Origin: Craspedostauros australis
Lineage: Eukaryota
Reading direction: 5' to 3'
Assembly (NCBI GenBank): GCA_030167865.1
Contig: JALAGF010000611.1
Coordinates: 1 to 39,090, forward strand
DNA length: 39,090 bases
Below the pieces are notes generated by a model that had not been told where the DNA came from, searched no databases, and saw only the letters and a list, made by a program, of their open reading frames with translations. The translations under genes were made by a program, and so were the position numbers. This document shows positions 1-10,901 of the stretch, in pieces (the first letter of the stretch is position 1; each line of letters begins with the position of its first letter).

Positions 1-423
1 AGACAGATCCAGAACCTTGAAGCGGATCTTCGGAATTCGTGTCAGGGAACCAATGGGGTTCCGATAACCAAGTTTCTGACACCCTCCATTGCCAAAACAC
101 CGACGCACGGAACTAAAGCCACAACAACGAGCACCATCGCCCGTTGTCTCTCACAGAACCCATACGACGGATCTCGACCCACGGTACTTGGGCTACACAA
201 CCCACACGCATTGTCATACAGGACATCACAGGAGATTCCCCTCGAAGAGAAGAACCATAGCACTAATCTCATAATCCGCACGTTTCTTCACCATCTACCA
301 GTATTCTAATTGACTACTTGTGGAACAGAAGACTCTCGTCCGGATCGCTTGCCAGTCAAGCCTCTGCCTACAGCTAAAGAACAGCCAACAAGACAACAGC
401 CATTACGTTTGGGCTCTATTACA

Positions 424-527
424 GGACAGGATGGAGAAAGATGAGTGAGATGCCAATACGACAGTTTGTGTGGATCCGTTCAACTGGAGATGCTCTTGAG
501 ACAGAGCTGTGAAAGTGTGGACGTGAC
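424..527. repeat. Diverged direct repeat, copy 1 (partner at 3882-3985)
   Basis: Ungapped manual alignment at offset 3458 gives 85/104 identical bases, including the exact 16-mer gatgccaatacgacag (449-464 and 3907-3922). Weaker similarity continues to about 570/4035. Confidence 0.85.
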
Positions 528-1450
528 GGTCTGAGGCGGAAAGGCGTCGTTGGTGATCTATTTTCAGCGTTGATGAGTGGTTTAAATGATACAGTTGGCA
601 TCGTCTGTGCGATTGTTGTTCGTGTCGTTTCTGGTTGTTACCGCTTCTGTTTTGTTGTTCTGTCGGTGTTGATTGGACACCATCTCTCCATGTATGGAGA
701 GATGGCTATGAGATGCGGTAGATACGGATCATTGCGGGTTGGTGGAATGTCGAACGAGTATCGGCCGGACCCAAGGACGTGATGAAGCCCACCCAACACA
801 GAAACCGATGTGGTGTTCGCCGACTCCATCCGATTGGCGGATGGGATGAGAGGGGTTCGCTCTCGTCAGGTCAGTCCACAATGACATTCTCACAAGAGCG
901 CATGCTGCTTCGTATGCCGTGTTGACACTGTTGTGCTTCGCACACGGAGGCAGAGAACGTTATCACAACATTCAGATTTATAGTGAAAGGTCCCAGAAAG
1001 AGACCCTGCTCCGGAACGTCTGTGGTGGCGCCAACAAAGAAAATCCGCTGTGAGTGTCATGTGGAACCGCACTCCAGGATGTCTCCGGGCGGCGAGCGCT
1101 ATCGCCAGTCAACCGATTCTGTGGTTCGAGCTCTGGCTATTCCAAACCAGCGCAGATGGCACTAAACTCGTCGAAGGCTGTCTCTATCAATGGCAGCACT
1201 GGAGAGCACTGAAGTACTTCGAGATGGACCTCGGATGTGCTCGGCTTAAATTTCACGAACCTTGGAAGATCGCAGCACAACTTCTCGTTTGTGGCGTCGT
1301 GCAATCGGGCAAATCGGGCATGGCCGATCTGTGGTCTCCTCGCCACCGTCGATGCCGCCGGGTGTGCATCCAACTGTCCAGCTGTGGCGTACTTGAAGTG
1401 CCGTGTGTGCACATGCACTAATATACAAATGTTACTCTCTTATGTTGTCT

Positions 1451-2671
1451 CTAAGCCCCTCTGATGTCGAAGAAATGCTGGGTGATCTCCGCATCGCAAC
1501 GGAAAAAGGAGCTGAAGTCGAAGGCGTACATCGAGAACCACTGGAGCAGAGCCATGCCAACATACACTATGTATGTCAGCTGGACGCCAGGAATCTTTTT
1601 CGGTCCCACCCTCATCTCGAGCGGTAATGTCGCATACAGTATATTGGTGATGATGAGGTTTGGTACGGAAGCATATCCCGCTGACAAGGCTTGCACCATT
1701 GACGACACGACGTTGTCTCTGTGGCTTGGACAGCCCGTCAACGGGAAGAGGGCGCGGGCGAAGCAACGGCCCGTCCCTGCTGAGAATACCACGAGGTTGA
1801 GCATACTCATATATGTGATGTGGAGAGCGTATCGCTTGCTGTCGCTTGGAATCCTCTTCTTGTCGAAGATGCTTCGTCCAGACCACCAGTACATGCCGGT
1901 CAGAGCTGGGGTGAATGCCGGAACAGCCACGAACAGGCATACGGCCGCCAGCTGTAGAGCTGTAGGATCGGCGGCGGCGTGAGCCCAGTGGGCTTGTGCA
2001 AGAGGGACAAGCTTGCTTGCTTTGAACGCCGGTGCTGCATTCGTGGAAAGTTCGGTGACGATGAAAGGTAGATGGATGTTCATGGCAAACCACCCAAGCT
2101 TTTTGTGAAGCTCGACGAAACCGAAGCAGATGGAAAGGATCATTGCGAAGGAGCAAAGCAACCAGAGCAGCATGCTCACGAAGTGCGTGTTCTCGCTGAG
2201 GAAGACGCTGAAGCTGACGGGGCCGGATCCGCCCCAGGTGACCTTGTACACCATGAAGATGAAGAAGGGAATGGTGCAGATGATGCTTGCGATGAAGTTG
2301 GTGTATGCGATGGTTCGGGTGGAGATGTTGAGAGTGACATTGCGGAATGTGTAGGTGGACAATGCAATCGAAAGGATGGCCATAACAAGCCACCAGTTCG
2401 ACGAGCCCATGGAAATGAACATGCGCGCAATGGTGTCGGCTTCCTCTTGCGACAAGACGAATGAAGGAATTGCCTCAACGTGAGTGGAGGTGGTGATGTT
2501 AGTCATCTCGAAAACGCCGGAGTTGTTCATCTTGTCCAAGTTGACGAAGGGCCCGAAGCGAGTCGCGTTTAGTAGAACCGACTCCGCATTCTGCGGCATC
2601 CATGGGCTCTTGACTATCTCTGTGTTCATCTTCAGGCTCATGCTCGTGCTCATGATTGTGCTGAGGCTCAT
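1451..2671 (-). CDS. Multi-pass membrane protein, 406 aa, DUF2306-like
   Basis: Long uninterrupted ORF with about 7 hydrophobic segments. His-containing motifs NTHFVSMLLW, LHKKLGW and LHITYM...FSAGTGR resemble the HxxxGR and HxxWM..F.A.T.R motifs of DUF2306-type proteins. The family call is inference. Confidence 0.75.
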   Translation of the reverse strand: MSLSTIMSTSMSLKMNTEIVKSPWMPQNAESVLLNATRFGPFVNLDKMNNSGVFEMTNITTSTHVEAIPSFVLSQEEADTIARMFISMGSSNWWLVMAILSIALSTYTFRNVTLNISTRTIAYTNFIASIICTIPFFIFMVYKVTWGGSGPVSFSVFLSENTHFVSMLLWLLCSFAMILSICFGFVELHKKLGWFAMNIHLPFIVTELSTNAAPAFKASKLVPLAQAHWAHAAADPTALQLAAVCLFVAVPAFTPALTGMYWWSGRSIFDKKRIPSDSKRYALHITYMSMLNLVVFSAGTGRCFARALFPLTGCPSHRDNVVSSMVQALSAGYASVPNLIITNILYATLPLEMRVGPKKIPGVQLTYIVYVGMALLQWFSMYAFDFSSFFRCDAEITQHFFDIRGA

Positions 2672-3422
2672 GGTTGCTTGTTTGTTTTTGCTAACGTGTT
2701 GGTTGGCGTGTTGAGTCTCTGCTGCTCTTTGTTGGTGTTTGTGGTTGACTTTGCTCTGATCTGATCGTATCTGGAGTGTAGAGTGCAGTCGTGTGGGTTG
2801 GCTTGGATTGGCCTAGTTTGGGTTTGTGAGGCCGGATTGGGTTTGGATAGACTTGGGATGATCGATTTATGGAATCTTCCATCGATTCACCTCGAGGTCT
2901 GCACCCTGACCTACCAACTAACACCAGCATACCATCATGCCACTAGGTCAGCCTCGACCTTCGCGCAACAGTTGCGTGCCTCCACTATGATATGCTCCTC
3001 GCCATGGGATGACGCCACATTCAATACTGCTTCACTTGCCTCTTCTCTCATCTCGTGCTTCGTTCCCTCCTCCACACAACTGCACTCCATGTGCTGTCAT
3101 GTCGGCCAACTCTCGAGAAGGCTCAAAAGGTCTGCGGTACAGAGGATCCACAGATGGATATGAAGACTGATGAGCGTGAAGTATGGAATTACATGTGCTA
3201 ATCGAGTGACTGTCGATGCTTGCAGGTGTCTGTACTTGTTGGATGGTTGCCCATGAATGCGAATGAGGCCAGAGGATTGAATGACATGGCTGATCTCATT
3301 TGATTGAACCGTGACACGGTGGAACCCTCCGGCACTGATCTGTTTGGTTTCGGTGATCACTCATGGCTTTTATCGTCACCGTGTCCACGGAGGTGATTGA
3401 CATGCCATGATGTGACGTTGAG

Positions 3423-3507
3423 GTTGATGATGAAGTTTGTGTGAAGGCTGATACGAAGGACGATGTCGAAGTTGATGATGACGTTGGTGTGAAAGCTGAT
3501 ACGAAGG
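3423..3507. repeat. Tandem duplication, 48-bp period (two 37-bp near-identical units)
   Basis: gttgatgatgaagtttgtgtgaaggctgatacgaagg (3423-3459) versus gttgatgatgacgttggtgtgaaagctgatacgaagg (3471-3507). Confidence 0.8.
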
Positions 3508-3881
3508 TTCACTTTCGTGGTCGGCTGGAGCGTGGTGTGATGGTGTGCGGTGCAGCGTGGTCTTATTACTCCACACACTCGCGCACGGAGCAATCGTACC
3601 GATTGGGCAGAGAACTTGGGGAAAACGGCATTGAGTGATGGTTCGGTTTGCTGGTTGGATCACACCAAGAGAACTTATTGGCGTGGTGCTTGTGGGTGTC
3701 TTCTTTCATCGTTTCACCCTCGTAGGTTCAAACAGACAACGGTGCTTTGTTCCACACTTCCTCAATCCTTCATGGATCTTTTGTGACCCTTCGTGATGCT
3801 TCTCCATCTGTTTGGGACCGAGAGACAATCAACTTCAGCCTCGGTTTCTGTACCCATTCGCTCCAGTTCAACTTTCTTCGG

Positions 3882-3985
3882 GGACAGGATAGAACAGGAC
3901 GTGTGGGATGCCAATACGACAGATTGTGTGAATCCGTACAATTGGAGATAGTCTCGAGACAGAGATGTGAAAGTGCGAACATGAT
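3882..3985. repeat. Diverged direct repeat, copy 2 (partner at 424-527)
   Basis: Same alignment as copy 1, about 82% identity over 104 bp with no gaps. Confidence 0.85.
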
Positions 3986-5366
3986 ACTATAGTCCCATCC
4001 AGAATGACGTTGTTGGTGTTCTGGTGTTATGCGTAATTTTGTGCTTTGTGTGCTTTGTGTGCGCTTTGTGTTGTTCTGCACAGCGTCCGCCAACAGGACA
4101 CATCCATCAAAAACGCGAATCGGAGGTGCGGTACATAACTTGTTTGGGATAATACAGTGATTCGGCCATTATTGCTTGGTGTAATGTCGAACGAAAATCG
4201 GACGAAACCAACGGAGGAGGCAAACTGTTCGACAAAAAACAAATGAGATGTTCGTCTACTGTGTCCGATTTGTAGGCTAGACAAGAGATGGGTCGTACTC
4301 CGCCGGATCTTGGAGCGCGTTGACTTCATTTTGACGAAAGCAGAGAATGAGCCCTGCTCCTGACCTCTTGTGGAACACGCAGCGAGGCGGCATCATCGGA
4401 TCCATGATGGCGGATGGCGATGCTGTCTTGATCTGGATGTGCACCTTGGCATTCCTCACGAGTTTAGCCTTTCTTGCAAGTTCTTCTCGCGACTCTTGGG
4501 TGGGCGAAACTAAACTCTGAACCAAACAGCATCCTTGCACAGATCACGTAATACCGGGCACAGGAATGTCGCGCGAGAAGCGAGTCCAAGTTGGTGCTGA
4601 TGTCGAAAGCATCGACGACAGCCAAGAACCATCCTATTGTACTTCGTTGAACAGAGAAGACGCGTGGCTTCTCAGATCATGCCCAGGTGTGAGAGGGGGC
4701 CAGCCCAAGCGAGCGATGACGACCCACGACCCAGTGGCAATGCGCAGTTCCGATGCCCGCACTATCCAACGAGGGTGGAGTCGGCAACTATCATCTTTCC
4801 TCGGCAGTTACAAATGGGTGGTGTCGCCAGCGGCCGTACTCTCCACGCGCAACCCGTACGAAAGGTTCAGCGTCCCATCCCATCCATTTTGGTGTCGCGG
4901 AAGAAGAGAATCTTGTGAAGCCGAACCCGGGACTCCGCGACACGTCATGACAGCTGTTGGAACAGAAAAGATGTATCAATGCAGAGCAGATGGCGCAGGC
5001 GGTACCCTTGCTCGCTAAGTATGCTCGAGTCCGTTGCGACATGGCATTTTCCATTCTGCGACTCATGTGCGTCAAGTGAGCACGGCCATTCCTTCCTGTG
5101 CCGATCTACGACATCACCAAAAGCCAATCCAAAGATCTTTGCTGTGTTCTTCAATCAGCTTGCTTCCGCGGTGGCATCGGCACAACAAAGATCTTGTGGA
5201 TCCTGTTGAATGAAGAGAGGCACATCCAAGGTGTCACGCCCAGATGCCGACATCACTCTTACGACCTATCCCATAAAAAGCGTACATCGGAACTCTCCAC
5301 CAGTGTGCTTTCAAGGGCTGTTTCATTCGGATCAGCATCACCGTGCCCTGCGCAACCATCGCCATC

Positions 5367-8300
5367 ATGAGACTCACCTTGTCCTTCTTCAACGCTCTGC
5401 TCGTCGCTGCTGCTTCGGGAGGTGGCGCGAACGCTTGGTTGCATGACCGCTTCCTCACCGCTCCCTTGTCCTCTCGCAAGCATGAGGAAGGCTCCTCCTC
5501 TGGCGCATCGGCAACTCCGTCTCGCCGCACCAACAGTGCAGGTGTCGGCAACGCCAACGCCAACGGCAAACCATCCGAGATCGGAGACAACGCTGCCAAA
5601 GGAGCGAAACCGCCGAACAACGCCGCTGGTGCAACGGAACGCTCTCTCCAGATGGACCCGCCACCAATCGACGTGTGCTCTGTCGCCATCCCGCTCGAGT
5701 TCCCTGTGGGACAAACCAACATCTCGGTGGTGTCCCAAATCACAACCGTCACCATCGCCGATGCGGACTTTTGCGCGAGTTTTCCAGCCGCCTATGAGGG
5801 CTACACGATCGTTGGGAATGGCAACACCTTCTACGCCACGACCTGCTCCAGTGAGCACAATAGCATCCGCACAGGTCTCACCGTGTCCTCCTTCATCGGT
5901 CCGGCTAACGCTACGTCCTGCCCATACGATGACTTCGCTTGTCTGGGAAGCAACTTTGGCGACATCTGCCCGTTCAACCAATACGGTGCAGCATCATTCA
6001 TTTGGAAGACGGAACCAAATGTGCTCTACCACATCGGACTCTATGACGTCGATGAGACCGCTGACACCTACGAGTTGACCATCGGCGAAATCCCCGGTCC
6101 TCATCCCGCCAACGACGATTGCTCCGCGGCCATCCCTCTGGTTCTACAGAATGGCACCGTCACTGTCTCTGGAAGCACCGCCAACGCCTTACCCGATGGT
6201 AACCCCGACAAATGCTTCAGCAGCGTATTCTCCACTGTGTGGTACAGCATTGTAGGTGACGGACAAGAGTTCACTGCGACGACCTGCTCCGAGCAGACCA
6301 CGGCTCCAACGGCCGTGAGGGCGATTCGATCTGTGGACGGATCCTGCGAGAAGCTTGAATGCGGACTGACCGGATTTGAAGATTTCACCTGCGGCACGTC
6401 TCAGAGCCAGGGCTCCGTGTCCTGGTTTGCTCGCAAGGGCGCGACGTACTTCATCCAGCCCATCGCCGCAAACCCTGGCAGCGGCGGGGACTTCGAGATG
6501 ACCATCACCACATCCGAGCCATCCATCTTTGCAGTCTGCGACGATGCCAGAAACCAAGCCGTGGAGGGGCTTCTCGGCACAGAATGCGACTTCTGCAGTT
6601 TCACTTTTGACTCTCTCTCCTTCGGGTGCTCTGTCCCGTGCTTTGCCTGCAGCTCCGATTTCAGCGTCTGCACACAGAGAACCACAACCACATCCGTCAC
6701 CCCTTCCTTGGTGACCACGACAGAACTACGCATCCAACACACCGAAGGCCCCATCGACGACATCATCTATCGCTACGCCGATGATGGAACATGCACAGTC
6801 ATGGTCGGCAGCCAGACCTGCACATCCTGCTCCGTCGGGTCATGTGGAAGGCCCATCCTCAGCTGCGCCAACATCGACGCCGATATGCCAGACCTTGACC
6901 TTTGCACCAACGAAACCTCTCCTGGCGTCGCTGGGTCATTCAACATGTCCACCAGCCCGCTGTACGCCCTCATCTCATCCGAGTTCGATGGATGCAGCAT
7001 CTACGAATCAACGCTGCAATGCGGACAGACGGCCGCAGAAACTATCGAAGAAGATGGCCTCAACTGCATCTGTGACTTCGATCCCACCGACGGCATGACC
7101 GTATTGAAGTGCAATCAAACGTGCGGAGTCGTCTGCAACCTCGAAGAGACGATCTGCGGTTTGCAGTCGCGTACCCAGGACTTCCAGCTTGATGGTGAAG
7201 CCACATTTTCACAAATCCAATTCGACTATCTCACAGGCTTCGATTCATCTTTCAACTCTCTGACCGTCGGCGAGTTCTCGGACTCATCCTGTTTTATGAG
7301 TGCATCTGATGGCTGGTCTTGCGACTGCGAGCCTGTGCAATGCGCCGACGACAGCACGGATCTTTCCTTTTCTTGCAACAAAGACACTGAATCCTTCGAC
7401 TACAACTTCTGCGAGCCAGGTCCTATCGATATCCCTGTCTTCTCAGTGTTGTCTGAGGATGAATTCGAGATCTGCCTCGACAAGAGTCCGCAGAACAAGA
7501 TTTGCCAAGCAGCAATTCTACTTGATGCTGCGGATGACTTCGTTTCTTCAAATACCGGCATCCAAATTGACCCGCAGCCAAACTTCTGCGATAGCGAGGC
7601 CGTTGGTGGGCTGTGGTACGACATGATTGGCTCGGGTGAAGTCATGAAGATCGAACCCTGCTTGGGCACCGATGAGGCCACGAAGATATCCGTGCAGACG
7701 GGAAGCTGCGATGCCGACGTGCAGTGCATGGACTCAACAGAGTTCACCTGCGACCCACTCTTACTCGATGCCAAAAACGGAACATTGTACCATATGCACT
7801 TTTTCACCCCTTACTCCACCAGCAATGAAAGTGTCACCTTCGCCGTCTCTACGGCAAACGCAGCGGAGGCCGCATGCGTCAAGGCCAAGGACGAGGAAGA
7901 AGCGACTGACGAATTGACATGCACATGTACAAGTTCACAGCTCGATTCCGCATCCCTTTCTTGCTCAACCAGCTGTGGTGAGTTCTGCAACACCGATGTG
8001 ACAGCCTGTGGCACAGTCTCTCTCTTCAGTGAGTTCAACTCGATGGGAGAGGCCACATTGGAATCCACCACTTATACCTACACATCGGGCCGAGAGGGAA
8101 TCACTGTGGGACTGTCTGTCTTCACGGGAGATTTCGTATTTTGCGAGGGCCTATTCACGGATGGGGCCCAAGCAACCTCCTGCACATTATGCAACTTCGT
8201 GGGCTGCCCATCCGGAGATGCGGCCGTGGTTCTGGACTGCTCCAACATCGACGGTGGTGAAATCTTCGACTTCTGTGGGAACATCACGGTCGACTCCGAC

Positions 8301-8645
8301 AGCCCATTCCAGGTATTCGATACTGACGAGTTCGAACTCTGCTACGCCAACGGAACGCTGCCACCGACTGATGCGCCCACAGGAATGCCGTCCGCATCTC
8401 CGTCTGTGTCACCCAGCGGGTCGCCATCCGTTTCACCCAGCGGGGCTCCGTCCATGTCGCCATCCGGTTCCCCGACCTCGTCACCATCTGTCACAGCGTC
8501 GCAGTCGCCCACCATCCAAACCTCGGCCCCGACCTCCGCTCCGACCTCCGGTGCAGCGTTCTCGTTCCGCATGACATCCATGAGCAGCATCATCGCACCG
8601 TGCGTGGTTGCAGCCATCGCATCTTGGATGCTGTCCGTGGTGTAG
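5367..8645 (+). CDS. Secreted, Cys-rich, modular cell-surface glycoprotein, probably GPI-anchored (1092 aa from ATG 5367)
   Basis: Signal peptide MRLTLSFFNALLVAAASG and an ERSL (RXL) site. Three modules of the type NDDCSAAIPL..WYSIVGDG..ATTC and three Cys-rich modules of the type CxC..LxCxxxC..CN....CG. PSxSPS/APT stalk, then a small-residue omega-like site (TSGA) and a hydrophobic C-terminal tail. Confidence 0.9.
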   Translation: MRLTLSFFNALLVAAASGGGANAWLHDRFLTAPLSSRKHEEGSSSGASATPSRRTNSAGVGNANANGKPSEIGDNAAKGAKPPNNAAGATERSLQMDPPPIDVCSVAIPLEFPVGQTNISVVSQITTVTIADADFCASFPAAYEGYTIVGNGNTFYATTCSSEHNSIRTGLTVSSFIGPANATSCPYDDFACLGSNFGDICPFNQYGAASFIWKTEPNVLYHIGLYDVDETADTYELTIGEIPGPHPANDDCSAAIPLVLQNGTVTVSGSTANALPDGNPDKCFSSVFSTVWYSIVGDGQEFTATTCSEQTTAPTAVRAIRSVDGSCEKLECGLTGFEDFTCGTSQSQGSVSWFARKGATYFIQPIAANPGSGGDFEMTITTSEPSIFAVCDDARNQAVEGLLGTECDFCSFTFDSLSFGCSVPCFACSSDFSVCTQRTTTTSVTPSLVTTTELRIQHTEGPIDDIIYRYADDGTCTVMVGSQTCTSCSVGSCGRPILSCANIDADMPDLDLCTNETSPGVAGSFNMSTSPLYALISSEFDGCSIYESTLQCGQTAAETIEEDGLNCICDFDPTDGMTVLKCNQTCGVVCNLEETICGLQSRTQDFQLDGEATFSQIQFDYLTGFDSSFNSLTVGEFSDSSCFMSASDGWSCDCEPVQCADDSTDLSFSCNKDTESFDYNFCEPGPIDIPVFSVLSEDEFEICLDKSPQNKICQAAILLDAADDFVSSNTGIQIDPQPNFCDSEAVGGLWYDMIGSGEVMKIEPCLGTDEATKISVQTGSCDADVQCMDSTEFTCDPLLLDAKNGTLYHMHFFTPYSTSNESVTFAVSTANAAEAACVKAKDEEEATDELTCTCTSSQLDSASLSCSTSCGEFCNTDVTACGTVSLFSEFNSMGEATLESTTYTYTSGREGITVGLSVFTGDFVFCEGLFTDGAQATSCTLCNFVGCPSGDAAVVLDCSNIDGGEIFDFCGNITVDSDSPFQVFDTDEFELCYANGTLPPTDAPTGMPSASPSVSPSGSPSVSPSGAPSMSPSGSPTSSPSVTASQSPTIQTSAPTSAPTSGAAFSFRMTSMSSIIAPCVVAAIASWMLSVV

Positions 8646-9471
8646 GCAAAGACCCTGATCAAGACCAGATAACATCCGAGCGCATGCTGCTTGCTGCTAC
8701 ATGCAGGAGGACGCAGATACACACACAAGCCTGCTTCGTGGTAGGCTCCTCGAGCACCTAACCGACAGACCCAAAACAGCCATTGTTGTCCCACACCTAC
8801 ATCACATGGCAGGGCATGACGCTGCATGGAAGTGGTCCGAAGTGGATGAAGTCGAAAGTTGTCTACCTCTTAGGAACGTAACTCTAGTATTCGAATGTGA
8901 ATCAGTTGGGTGTGCTGATGGGGCAACCTGTCTCTCGATCCTTTCGTTTCGAGAGAGAGAGTCGTATTCTGCGAACAGAACTTCAGCAGTTGCAACATTG
9001 GGACTCGTGAGATTCACGTGATCTATTGTAGTCGACATGGCAAACCTCTGACATTGCTGCCATGCCACCCATTCTGGTGCTGCGTGACCGAGTCTGATTT
9101 GAGCAGTTCCGCTTGAGATCGTTTGTGGAATCTCACTAAGTTCTCGTGTTGGTATCATGTGATGTGAGAAAGACGTATTTGTATGGTACCTGCATCTACG
9201 CATACACCTACACGTTCACCTCTTAACTTTGAAGGTGCGACTGCATGATAACCACACTTGTACGAGAGCAGTACTACTATGCGGCTCTCCATCCTAACTC
9301 CATCGGGCCAAACAACCAAACATGTGTCAGTGGACGAGTGTGTTCGTGAAAACAACTGCTCCGATTAGAGTGCCCTTCGATTCCATGCCAGCACATGTAA
9401 CAGTCGAATGTACGTATGCTGCATAGGAGTCGCATGGTCCTATCTTCCGCAGTATTTCCTGAAAAGCGCTT

Positions 9472-10380
9472 CTACGCCTTCTTCTTCTGCTTGCTGCTCT
9501 TGGCCTTGCCGGAACCGGACGCATGCAGCAGGAAGTCATCCCCGGCGCGTCCCACGACGCGGGACTTCTTGGGATACTTGTTCTTGAGTAACCGCTTCTC
9601 GATGGTGTCGAGGTTGGATTTGAACTTCTTGGGCAGCATGAGCTCGAGGTTCTCGGCCTCCGTCGTGAGCATTTCGGCCATCTTTCCGTCGTTGGGACCG
9701 TTGGGCGGACCGCCGCCGGGGCGCTTGCCGAGCTGGTGCAGCATCTTGCCGTCCTCCGTCTGCTCGAGCGGGGGGATGCCGACGACGAGCTTGAAGAATC
9801 CGCGCAGGCCGAACATGACGAGGAAGTACCAGCTGACGCTGCTGACGTAGGACGTGTCGAGGGTGGAGAGGCCTTCGAGGCCGCGCTGGAACATCTGCTT
9901 GAAGCCCATGGTGAGGGAGAAGGGGACCTTGAGCAGGATGAATCCCGAGAAGAAGTGCTGGATGGCCTGCATCATGACCATGTTCTGGACCATGAAGGCC
10001 ATGCTTCCCTTCATGCCTTCCATGGCCGCCAGCGGGTTGGGCATGTCGTCGTCGTCTCCCGGTTGGGCGGCGCGGCGGTCGGCCTCCTCCTGGAGGGTGC
10101 TGTCGCACCATTGCGACGTGTCGCTCAGGATCTTGGGGTAGGCGGCAGCGCGCGCGTGGAACTTGGACGAGGCCAGGAAGTTGAAGGAGCCACCGCGCAG
10201 GGCGGCCGTCATGCGCACGGCGCTCTGCGACCTCTGAGTGATCCTGGTCTGGTCCTTGGGACTGGCCTGCAGCAGCTTGCCGACCTCCATGCGCAGCAGC
10301 CCGGCGGCCACCATGATCACGAACAGCGGCAGCACCACCCAATCGCGGATGCTCGAATCCAGCAGGATATTCTCCGTCAT
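9472..10380 (-). CDS. EMC3: ER membrane protein complex subunit 3 (EMC3/TMEM111, DUF106)
   Basis: Hallmark motifs LLDSSIRDWVVLP, FFSGFILLKVPFSLTMGFKQMFQRG and LDTSYVSSVSWYFLVMFGLRG. Strong GC3 codon bias. Confidence 0.95.
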   Translation of the reverse strand: MTENILLDSSIRDWVVLPLFVIMVAAGLLRMEVGKLLQASPKDQTRITQRSQSAVRMTAALRGGSFNFLASSKFHARAAAYPKILSDTSQWCDSTLQEEADRRAAQPGDDDDMPNPLAAMEGMKGSMAFMVQNMVMMQAIQHFFSGFILLKVPFSLTMGFKQMFQRGLEGLSTLDTSYVSSVSWYFLVMFGLRGFFKLVVGIPPLEQTEDGKMLHQLGKRPGGGPPNGPNDGKMAEMLTTEAENLELMLPKKFKSNLDTIEKRLLKNKYPKKSRVVGRAGDDFLLHASGSGKAKSSKQKKKA

Positions 10381-10901
10381 GGTTGCTCTTTTTTGTTGTG
10401 TTTAAACTTGCTTGCTTCCTATGGCTAGATACCAATAGATGCCAATGGATGTTAGAATAGAATATACTAACAGATATTATATGATCCCTTGGTTGTAGTC
10501 AACACAGCAACGGCAGACCTGTTTTGGTGGATGGACACTCGAGCTTCTGTGTTGATGCTGAATGGATCGAACCGTGTTTCGGTTTTTGCCGCCACGCTTC
10601 TTTCGTGCTGTCACCAACAACATCACGAAAGAAGCGTGATGAAAAGTCTGCCACAAAATCCATCAGAAACGACCAATTCGACCACAGCTATCATCAAGCC
10701 GAGACTCAGGCCTCTGAGCATCCTTGGGTTCCGGATACAATGATGCGGTGGCCTCACCATCACGTTTGTCTACCCACAAGTCTCTCACATACATGTGTAA
10801 ATCGAAGTGCGTTGTTATGGCATGATATTCTTCCTAATTTCTAAATCTTCATTCGAGTACTCTCTCATTCTGCCTGAAGATAGCAGAGTACTGTATGGTA
10901 T

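Noticed and set aside
4277-5340. Several 70-150 aa ORFs that look faintly like a decayed gene
   Set aside because: No motif I can assign with confidence, and stops occur in all frames.
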